Notes under the pieces: model-generated
Databases searched by the model: none
Told to the model about the DNA's origin: nothing
The model's input: only the letters and a program-made list of their open reading frames with translations
Assembly (NCBI GenBank): GCA_013239625.1
Contig: MU054187.1
Span: 13,486,974-13,550,973, forward strand
Direction: 5' to 3'
Source: Lama guanicoe
Taxonomy: Eukaryota
Length of the DNA: 64,000 nt
In this document: positions 13,320 to 24,500 of the stretch, piece after piece
How positions within the stretch are numbered: the first letter of the stretch is position 1
How the letters are laid out: every line of letters begins with the position of its first letter
Position numbers and translations under genes: made by a program

Positions 13320-13625
13320 ATTTTTCTTTTTTTAATTGTAATTGATTCACAGTGTTGTGTTAATTTCAAAGTGATTCAGTTTTATATATTTATTCTTTTT
13401 CAGATGCTTTTCTATTATAGGTTATTATAAGATACTGGAATTAGTTCCCTGTGCCATAGAGTAGGTCCTTATTGTTTATCTGTTGTATGTATAGTAGTTT
13501 GTATCTACTGATCCCAAGCTCCTAATTTACCCCTTCCCCTCCTTTCCCCCTTGGGTAACCATAAATTTGTTTTCTGTGTCTGCAAGTCTGTTTCTGTTTT
13601 GTAAGTAAGTTCATTTGTATTTTTC
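13320..13625 (-). mobile_element. L1 3'UTR fragment
   Basis: Same family motifs (AGTTCCCTGTGCCATAGAGTAGGTCCTT, GGTAACCATAAATTTG). Confidence 0.75.
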
Positions 13626-14726
13626 TTAAACTCACTGCAGTAGTACATCTACTGAAGTAGGTACTCTGCATGCACAATATTGCCCAGTCCTGTGCACCAC
13701 AGGAAAATACGTTCCTGTCGCCATTTTAAGAGATGTGGAAACATCCACCCACTCAACCGAGAGGAGTCAGAGTCAGCATTAAGGTTCAAATTGTCTTATT
13801 GCAGAGCACACACTCTATGGCCCATGCTAGTCATAGTTACAAACCATTGAACAAAAGACAGATTGAAGGAGTGAAAAAAGGCAGAAAAATGGTGTTTCAG
13901 TGTCTCTTCCACCAGTTAGAGGGAAATCATTTAACTTCTCTAGGACACAGGGTCCAAAGTTGGAGGACTATGAGGACTGTGAAAGGACCATTTGTTCCCA
14001 TGATCAGGACACCCCTGGCTATTGCTCCTGTATTGTGAATTTCCGGCCTCTGTATTTAAAGGAAAACAAAGGCCAAAGATCCTTCTCTTCATACCAAAGA
14101 TTAAGGCACATACAGCATAGCTTCTAAGCTGTCTGTTCTGTTGGACCACAAAGGTCAAAATGCCTTTTTTTTCACATTACATACTGTCCTTCAGCATTCT
14201 GCCTCTTTATGTGAGTATGAGTATGTTTGAGGATGTCTGTGATAGCAGGAGGGGGGCCACCGGTGTGTCCATCTCTGGAGCAGAGATGAATCCAGTGTTG
14301 GGGAGCCCAGAAGTCCTGTACGAAAAAGGCAGATGGCACCTCAGTTGTATCTTGTAGACATAATGTCCAGTGGGAAGAAGTAAGAAAGAGAACGAGCGAA
14401 CAAGAGCCACTGAGTAGCAACACACCAGTGTAAATAAGAACGCACCCAAAACAACACGGTCGACAAAATGCAAGGAGACCTACGTGGCCGAAGACATTCA
14501 TTAGAGAGGGTGTTTCTGGGGGTAGTGAGGGAATAAACATGAGGACCAGGGTGAAAGGGAAAATAAAACAAGAGAAGGACTTTGAAGAGATCCATGATGA
14601 GGCGTTTGATTGATTCAGACTTTGTACTGGACATCCATATGTGATGGAGATGTCACTGCAAATCTCAAAAACCTAATGCAATAAAAGGCTTACACAATAA
14701 TCCCTGGGGCGAGTACAGATTTTACA

Positions 14727-14951
14727 TTTATTATGATCACTGGCAAGCAAAAAACAGAAACAGCATACACTCTACATAGTAAAAGTCATACATAAGGGTT
14801 ATAAATTTAAAGTGACATCAGGTCTGCTAGGAGCAGTGGGAACAGCAGGGGGATTTATTCTGGTCGGAACAGAGCACACAGGGTTCCACTCACAGGTTCT
14901 TCCAACACACACAAGTATACCAAGTGGTAGGACCTAGTACAGTACTTTATT
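14727..14951 (-). terminator. Candidate TRPA1 polyadenylation signals (AATAAA on minus strand at 14946-14951, 14854-14859, 14727-14732)
   Basis: Three TTTATT hexamers on the + strand, 390-615 nt past the stop codon. Which one is used cannot be told from sequence. Confidence 0.5.
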
Positions 14952-15340
14952 GTGTAATGCATTTACCTACCGTATAAATGTTAAGCAGGGATCCAGTACT
15001 GACGTTTGTATTCTAGCTTAATAGTTACATGTATTACTCCTTATCATTAAAACTGTGTCTTTTAGTAAATTAGTTTTCTGCCCATTCAGATAATGAGAGG
15101 TAAAGTCCAACCTGAACTTCAATCAGCAAGGATATTCCGTGTACATAGTGACTGGAAGAAAATAAGAAGAGAGAGTGAGCTTATGTTTTATACAGAATGC
15201 AGGGACCATGACTTTATATGTAGTGAAATCAGAATTGTATGTCTGCTTTTTCCTCCCTCTTTCCAAATTGAAATTTAGACGCAGTAAGTCAGGCCACGCC
15301 CCCCCAGCGGGTGCCCCGTTGCAGGCGTGGATAACCCATG

Positions 15341-15545
15341 CTAAGGGCACTGTGTTTTCGCCTTTACTGCTCTCAGTACAGAATTCCACTTGCTATTCCT
15401 CTGTTCTAACTGCTGCTTCTTAAACCTGTCTTGAAAAGAACTATGGTAATCTTCATCTTCTGTCTCAGAGATGATCTCCATCTTCTGAATGATGAGTTTA
15501 ATAAGTTCGTGCTGTTTTTCCAGAAGAGAACTGAGATCCTTCAGC
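15341..15545 (-). CDS. TRPA1: TRPA1 exon 27 coding part (coiled coil, stop TAG at 15341-15343)
   Basis: [67 protein letters not shown]. Confidence 0.96.
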
Positions 15546-18500
15546 CTAGAAGGACATACGTTTCATGAGTTCCTTTGCAATAATTCTTTCAGCCCTTGAG
15601 TGCAGAAAAGCTTATGTCCTCAAAGTGTTCTGTATCGGATTAACTGTGCTCAGGGTTCAGCCTCACAGTAGTAATAATCCTTCTAAAGAATACTTATTTT
15701 GAAAGTTCAAGTGATTTTTCCCAAGTGATTTTTACACTGCTGGTTCATGGCTAGTTAATTTTTGTTCCCATTTTAAAGATTAAAACGCTATTGCACAAAA
15801 AGTTCAAACAGCTTGCCCAGGGTCATGCAATTAGTTAACAGTTGAGTAGGTCTTTGAACATAAGTAACGTAAGCCTAGAGCCCTCATGTGACCGTTGTTC
15901 GCTACATAGCTTCTCCAGAGACCCTCAGAGCTTCCAGAGCTTTGATGTATGAATTCAGACAGCTCATGAATGTAGTTTAGAATACTGATGGGCAAACGGA
16001 TTTGTCAACAGCAGCAAATCAGTTGTTTGGTCTAAAAAAAAGTCTCATGATTCTCAATATACCAGCAACACCAGTCAATTAAAGCATGACTTCCTAACCC
16101 TAACCCTATATGAGATAAACATGAATATACAACATAAACTTATACTATCCATCATTATTTAAGAGTTTTAAGTTTCTCAAATACAGATAAAAGGGAAAAT
16201 ACATACCGGTATTTTTGCTTTACTATTTCGGTTTCCAAAGATGTATCAACATTTGGTATTTCTTGTCTTGCTTCTTGGGTGCAGAAGATATAATGAAATA
16301 CACCACGCTGTGGGGTAAAAGATTAATGGTTATGCAAGTAGAACTCTATTCAGGAAGTATTTCTTTCCTTCTTTATTCTTTTTAATTGAAGTATAGTTGA
16401 TTTTCAATGTTGTGTTAGTTTCTGGTGTACAGCAAAGTGATTCAGTTATATATGTGTGTGTATATATGTCAGATTCTTTTTCATTATAATTTTTTACAAG
16501 TTACTGGATATAGTCAGGAACTGTTTCTTGAACATGTGCCATTATTTAGCTACTGAGGCAGGCAAACCAGCACAAATATTCAAAGACATAGCCATGGCCC
16601 TCAAGGGGCTCACAGTTCCTTGAGAGAAATAAACATATCTAAAGAGCTACAAAATGAAGTCATAGTTGTTGGCATAGATGAAAGTACAAGATGGATAAAT
16701 AATGCAGAAGAAGGAGTGAATTGGAGTGGAGGATTGTTTAGGAAAATATGCAAGTGAACCATGTATATTTTCTCATGAAAAATGTCACTCATAAGTGGTG
16801 GCATTCTGTGCAGGATTTGTTGTTATTTCTCTAAAACAGCTATGCACCATTATCCAACACAACTGAATTTCACATGGGGAAATTTCTAAAGTGCTATTTT
16901 AATATGTATTTTTAAATTTAGTGTCTTTGAAACCTCTGGTGCACTGGAGAGGGCCAAGGGCAGGTGTGAAGTGGCTAGCAATGAAGTAATTCTAGGAGTC
17001 CCAATGAGAGAAGATGGCCACTCACACAGGCCACCCAGGAACCAAATGGACCACATGTGGGACTGATTGGGTGTGCGGGGTGAGAACAGGGAAAGGAGAT
17101 GGCAAGGATGATGTCCTGCACAGGCACATGAATGGTGTGGACATTCACTGAAATAAGAAAGCCTGGAGAAGGTTGGGGCTTCTTCACTCTCCCTGCAGGG
17201 GTGTCAGGAGGTGAGAGACAGGAGGAGTGGGGAGCATGAGTCTTTTTTGAACATGCAGAATTTGAAGTGACTTTAAGATAAACTAGGGAAGATGTCACTC
17301 AGGCAGTTGGATAGAGGGGCTTGGAACTCAACGAGCTCTAGGCCAGAGCATCAGCTGCTGAACCTTCTGCATTTCCGCAGTGACTGCGCCCACGAAATGT
17401 GTGAGATTCCAGACGAGTGAAGTCAGGCAGGGAGGTAGGGTAGAGTAGAATAAAGCCTAGGCTGCTACTTAGATTGACTTCATCATTTATGACTACACAA
17501 TGGAAACTTAACTTATGAAGAACTCAGAAAGAATATTCGTAGATGCAGGCGGAGCCCAGGCGTGGGCAGACTAGCATCCAGTACTTCGGACTCTTAGGAT
17601 AGTCCCTTTTCCATTATATCGTGATGGACTTGCTTAGTCTCTGCCAGTTTGTATGTTTCCTATAATACACACTTCCCCTGTGTGTGTGTGTGTGTGTACC
17701 TGTGTAAATGTACTTGTGTGTTCTATATATGCACACCCATATCTGCACATATATGTGACATGTGACTAGGAAAAACAAATGAGGTGCACCTGCACTGTAA
17801 GAAAAAGTACTTAGAGGATATGGCTGGCCCACCCACCCAACTGCTCTCACAGGGGTGTGGTGCATCCTTAAGACAGAGGCTGCGGACCAGCCACCCGGAA
17901 GACGTGAGCAAACGTCTCCCTCCTCATTGCCCATGAACAGGCGCCCTTACAGATAACACGATGAGTGAATGTCTAGCACTATTGCGGTATTTACGTTGAT
18001 ATTTGTCACGTGTACTTACTAAGAGTCCTCCACCATATCTGGGTCTGTTGGGGTACACGACGATAGATTTCTGATCGACTTTGTGTAGGAACCAGAGTGG
18101 CAGCTTCTTCTCTAAGCTGGTATGAAGTTCCACCTAGAGTGCATTTTGGGTTAATTGAAAGATATCATTAATGAGCACCTGGAATCCTTTGTCGTTAGCA
18201 CAGCACACTGAAAACTGACTCCTGTGTCCTGGTTTGTGCACAAGCTGGGCTGGCCCGGTTTCCTTCACCCCGAGCTCACAGTCTCCAGCCCCTACATCTC
18301 CCCCCATTACAGGGGCAGCCATCTGCTGTCAGGGGCCAGCTGGTTAAAGGAGAAATTCAGCTCAAGTCAGCATATGTTTACTGCTAAGGGACTGTGACCA
18401 ACACAGGGCATGTAAAGGAGAAAAGACTTAATCTGTATTCCTGGGGCGTTACACTACAGAATGTGTGCGCCTGGGAGGTGTGGCTGGAACAATGCACACT

Positions 18501-21500
18501 TGTGACAGGACTAAGGCAGGAGGGCTTAAATGGACAAATACAAAAGCAAGCAGGGGAAGAATTAGAACTAGCACACCTAAGAGGACTTCATAAACCTTTC
18601 ATGCTGTGCTAGCAAGTGCAAAAATGCTTATCCATGACCCGCCTTGAGTGTAATTTCTGTTTTCAGAGATAAAATCGTCTTGTGTGATGTTTTTACCTTG
18701 ACTTTATATTTAGTTTAATTCTTGCAGTTCAACTTTTTTTGTTTGCATTTGCCAAATTTATCTCTGATTCTTTTTTTTAATAGCCCTTTGTGCCTGTTTA
18801 GCTATGTTTAATATCATTACCATATAAGTGAATTTTTGCTTTCTAATCTAAGACCATATGCTTTTTTAATATATGGTCATCCAAGTGGTTGACGTTCATA
18901 AATGGTTTGTGGTAAGAACTTCCTTGACCACACTGTTTGAAACTGGAGCTCCCTCTCCCACATAACACATTCCCTATCTTGATCTTGCTTGCCTGGTTTT
19001 TTTATAGCACTTATCGCCACTTAACATACTATATATTAGTTTGTTTCAAGAAAAGCTATGTTTCCTTCAATCTTATTAATAATTCCAACTAGATGTTTTG
19101 AGTAATGTAATACATAATTTTCAGGGTTCTCCTTTTCCCCTGAATCTTGAGGGTAATTTTCCCTTCCCTTGCCATTCGCATTTTTTAGAGGTCATATTGA
19201 CTTACTCCAAATTGATTGAGAAAGATTTATTCAAGCCTAGTGTTTGCCAACAGATAAAGCACATGGAGTTTCTTAACTTTATTCCTTCTCTACATAGGAG
19301 CTGCCAGACTTCCTTTCGCAAATATGGTCCTGGGGAGGATGGCAGGCAGAGCCCCAAGACCAATTTTGGTGGATCCAGTGGGACCCACCCAGTATGGATC
19401 TTCTGGGCTAAGGGAGCATCTTCAGCTCCTCTAACTGGTGGGTTTTCTGTGTTAAGGGGGAAGGTGCACTCCATGGGTTTCCTTTTGTAATTTGCAGCAT
19501 GTAGGCTAATGTTTATGCAGTGTCTACAGGTGCCAGACTGTGCTGGAAAGTGGGGATATCAGTGTTAAAAACTAAACAGCTCCAAGCCCCTCAAGATACG
19601 CATAACTCTTGCCTTTGAGGACTGATACTTCACTGAGTGAAAACATCTCCCAGCACATACTGTCCCAGGTACCATTCTGGCCTCACATGTGTTTGAGATG
19701 ATTTTGTGTGCAATGCACTCCTGCCCATCTCTTATGCCCCTTGTTATGATGTGGGCTCAGACTTGGTAGGCCCCCGCCTGAAGGCTCTAGAGAATAAGCC
19801 ATGGGCTGAACTGATAAACAAGCTGTGAGGAGTGTCACATAGCCGGCTGGATAAGAGATAGACTATTTAATGTATCCAGTATGGACGCCTGTATAAGCAA
19901 TAATGGGTAATATACTCAGTAGAGGACAACCTAAGACAGGCACAGCCGGCTGGATGAGACGTGGCCTAAAGTGTCCAGAGTGGACGGCTGGATAGCCAAA
20001 GACGGGTAAGATTCTCAGAGGAGGACAACCTAAGACAGGCACAGCCGGCTGGATGAGACGTGGCCTAAAGTGTCCAGAGTGGACGGCTGGATAGCCAAAG
20101 ACGGGTAAGATTCTCAGAGGAGGACAACCTAAGACAGGCACAGCCGGCTGGATGAGACGTGGCCTAAAGTGTCCAGAGTGGACGGCTGGATAGCCAAAGA
20201 CGGGTAAGATTCTCAGAGGAGGACAACCTAAGACAGGCACAGCCGGCTGGATGAGACGTGGCCTAAAGTGTCCAGAGTGGACGGCTGGATAGCCAAAGAC
20301 GGGTAAGATTCTCAGAGGAGGACAACCTAAGACAGGCACAGCCGGCTGGATGAGACGTGGCCTAAAGTGTCCAGAGTGGACGGCTGGATAGCCAAAGACG
20401 GGTAAGATTCTCAGAGGAGGACAACCTAAGACAGGCACAGCCGGCTGGATGAGACGTGGCCTAAAGTGTCCAGAGTGGACGGCTGGATAGCCAAAGACGG
20501 GTAAGATTCTCAGAGGAGGACAACCTAAGACAGGCACAGCCGGCTGGATGAGACGTGGCCTAAAGTGTCCAGAGTGGACGGCTGGATAGCCAAAGACGGG
20601 TAAGATTCTCAGAGGAGGACAACCTAAGACAGGCACAGCCGGCTGGATGAGACGTGGCCTAAAGTGTCCAGAGTGGACGGCTGGATAGCCAAAGACGGGT
20701 AAGATTCTCAGAGGAGGACAACCTAAGACAGGCACAGCCGGCTGGATGAGACGTGGCCTAAAGTGTCCAGAGTGGACGGCTGGATAGCCAAAGACGGGTA
20801 AGATTCTCAGAGGAGGACAACCTAAGACAGGCACAGCCGGCTGGATGAGACGTGGCCTAAAGTGTCCAGAGTGGACGGCTGGATAGCCAAAGACGGGTAA
20901 GATTCTCAGAGGAGGACAACCTAAGACAGGCACAGCCGGCTGGATGAGACGTGGCCTAAAGTGTCCAGAGTGGACGGCTGGATAGCCAAAGACGGGTAAG
21001 ATTCTCAGAGGAGGACAACCTAAGACAGGCACAGCCGGCTGGATGAGACGTGGCCTAAAGTGTCCAGAGTGGACGGCTGGATAGCCAAAGACGGGTAAGA
21101 TTCTCAGAGGAGGACAACCTAAGACAGGCACAGCCGGCTGGATGAGACGTGGCCTAAAGTGTCCAGAGTGGACGGCTGGATAGCCAAAGACGGGTAAGAT
21201 TCTCAGAGGAGGACAACCTAAGACAGGCACAGCCGGCTGGATGAGACGTGGCCTAAAGTGTCCAGAGTGGACGGCTGGATAGCCAAAGACGGGTAAGATT
21301 CTCAGAGGAGGACAACCTAAGACAGGCACAGCCGGCTGGATGAGACGTGGCCTAAAGTGTCCAGAGTGGACGGCTGGATAGCCAAAGACGGGTAAGATTC
21401 TCAGAGGAGGACAACCTAAGACAGGCACAGCCGGCTGGATGAGACGTGGCCTAAAGTGTCCAGAGTGGACGGCTGGATAGCCAAAGACGGGTAAGATTCT

Positions 21501-24500
21501 CAGAGGAGGACAACCTAAGACAGGCACAGCCGGCTGGATGAGACGTGGCCTAAAGTGTCCAGAGTGGACGGCTGGATAGCCAAAGACGGGTAAGATTCTC
21601 AGAGGAGGACAACCTAAGACAGGCACAGCCGGCTGGATGAGACGTGGCCTAAAGTGTCCAGAGTGGACGGCTGGATAGCCAAAGACGGGTAAGATTCTCA
21701 GAGGAGGACAACCTAAGACAGGCACAGCCGGCTGGATGAGACGTGGCCTAAAGTGTCCAGAGTGGACGGCTGGATAGCCAAAGACGGGTAAGATTCTCAG
21801 AGGAGGACAACCTAAGACAGGCACGGCCGGCTGGATAACTGATGGCCTACTTAATTGAGTTTCTTGACGAACTTTAAAACAATCTATCCTTGATCTTGTA
21901 ACATCTTGTGCTTACTCCAGGATCCTAGGAACCTTAATAGCTTAAGATTATTAACATTGTTATAAAATAGATGGTATGTGATGCATCGTGCATGTTGTAT
22001 ATAAACCCTTTTACAAGAATCAATAGAGAAATGCTTTGCTTACTCCGCACGGTGTTCATGTGTACATGGTATCACGCCACTGACAGACTTCATTTGTAAG
22101 TGTGATTTAGCGAGTTGTACGTGGATGGAGGGTTGCTTGAGAAACGAGCCAGAGGAAATAGAAGAATGGCTTCCTGGTTTTCTAGTTGATATTGTCCTTG
22201 ATCCAAAACAAGGGACAGGTAACACGGGGGTACTTGCTTTGCCTGCTTCTCTTGGAGACCTTTGTGCTGTTTTGATCAGATCTAATACAGGATTGTGCTT
22301 TTCAAATGAACTGCACTCACACTGTAGTTTAGCAGGCTTCCCCCAGACAGGTTGTCTGGTGCCCTTGCGTTGTGTACTGTTCTTCGTATTTGTTCCTCCT
22401 GGTATTTTCAAGAGTCATTAGTTATGAAATACTGCTGACCTGTCAGCCAAGAGATTAAACATCCCTTCTGCTCTCCTCGTTGTCCGCCTCCCTGGAGTCC
22501 TGCACTCCATCTTTGTTATGGTAATACCTGGGCATTAGCTCTTCCTTCCTCCAGTCTTTTCCCCAGTAAACCAAGATAATAACATGTCATCTTAAAGGCC
22601 ACTTTCCCTTTGTTGCCATTCTTTGGAAAGGCTGTTAATAACGTTCCACTCACCAGATAACTTGAAGAACTTCATCATTTACTGTCTTTTCTTTCAAAGC
22701 TAAGGTTTTTCTTTGTTTGCTGGTTTTGAACAAAGCCCTCTCTCATCTGGAGCAGCCTTATCCCCCTGGAAGGAGCCATCCTTCCAGCACTGGGAGCCCC
22801 GTCACACCTCCTGATCCAGTTCCTGTGTTCTGCCTTCAATCCTTGACTCCTGTTGGGTCCCTTCTCTCTGGACCAGCCTTGCTGCCCTTCTAAATTCCAC
22901 CATCTTTCAAGGGCAGGTCACATCCCAACTCATCTGCATAGCATTTCCTTAATTATCTTTACATTTACTTTCTGTACCTGATATTTTAACCACTTAATGC
23001 ATATTTTTTGTTCTTTAATATTCCAAGCTCTCTGTATGGTATACAGCTTAGTCACAGAGAACAGAGTTAAGGATAATGGTTCTAAGTTGACCTTGATATT
23101 TGACACTCCGAATGTTTAGTTAGTGTGCCAATTAGGCTTATTTTGCTTATTATTAAAGTCAAAGATCACACCCCTTTAATCCCTCTGGGTTCTCATGCTA
23201 AGTTGTACTGTGCTGTGTACATACCATGTACTGGAGCAAATTTTTGGAATCAATACATGCTAATGTATAGCTGGATAAATAACAGAAGAGAGTAGTATGA
23301 CAAAGAAAAGTGGAAAGAAGAGTGAGGAGAAAGTTGTATCTTAGCAGGAATTTTTCTTCCTCTTGAACTGGCCAACTCACCATCAGATATTTCTGAAGCA
23401 TCAAATATTCCCATACCAATTTAAAATTTAAATGCAGTGCAAACAAGAGCATGGGAATAGCCTTTTGTGTAGCAGGGAACTACCTCACAAGATGCAATAG
23501 CCAAGGACTTACCCAGAAACCTTTGACTCTAGCAAATTTTACATCAAATTGTCTAGAAGACGATTTCTAGGGAACAACATCTCTTAGATGCAGTTAACAC
23601 TTCACTAGGTCTCTGTGGGAACTTTGTAATTCTGTGCTCAGTATAGCAAGTGCTCCTTTGAACAGTTTGCTGGGAGGAGACAGACTCTAGACAGCTAACC
23701 ACCCAGATGGCCACATGTTGACAGAAAAAGAGGTTCCTGCAGTTTCCCAATTTCTCTGCTGAGATTGTTGCAGAAAATCTTTTTCATGATTTTTAATTCT
23801 CTGACCAGACTAGGTACACCTGAGAAAGTGCACGACCAGCCCAGTGCAGTGCTTCCTCAGGACCAAGACAGTGCCTGCATTAGGTAGCTGCGTTCTCAGA
23901 AATCTGCTCTTATACATGAGCACTCAGCATGGTGCTAATTTCAGGAAGTTTTAACTAACTGTAATACTTACCTGCATAGCAGTCCTCTTCAACAGTGCGT
24001 GCTTCTGGACCTCAGCGATGTCACCAACTGCCAAACCAATCTGAGGACCAACACAGCAGTGAATCACTACCAGTGTAAAGGCTCACCCAAAATGCACCTG
24101 CGGTCTCCCTGGCTACAGTTTGGAGGCGGGCATGAAATTTACTGGCCGTAACCTCAAAACGCTATGCTTACACACCTTACAGAAAAGCCCAAAGCCTATG
24201 TACCTTTGTCACGGTGCTGGTCACAACAGTGGGTCCAGTGATTGGAAGTGTTTTCATGAGAAGTTAAGATACACAAATTAGTGAGCACTTCATCTTAAAA
24301 TAAAAATACGATCTTTTTGGAGAGGACAGGGGTGATGTGATACCAGATGTGATTGGTGCAGTCATGCAGTGTGGCTGCAAACTCCAGGAGCTGAGCACCT
24401 AAGGTGACCTCACAGCATGGAAGAGGTAAAACATTAAACTGAGGGAATGGAAGGAATCTGTGTCTTTCATATGTTTGGGAGGGAAAGGTGCACTTTAAGG

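Noticed and set aside
16094..16107. Telomeric (TAACCC)2
   Set aside because: Only two units, which is expected by chance.
19841..21855. CRISPR-like array
   Set aside because: The units are fully identical with no unique spacers, the context is mammalian, and there are no cas genes. It is a tandem repeat.
22040..22421. Overlapping 123-aa and 98-aa ORFs beside the VNTR
   Set aside because: No recognisable homology or splice context. The lengths are compatible with chance.
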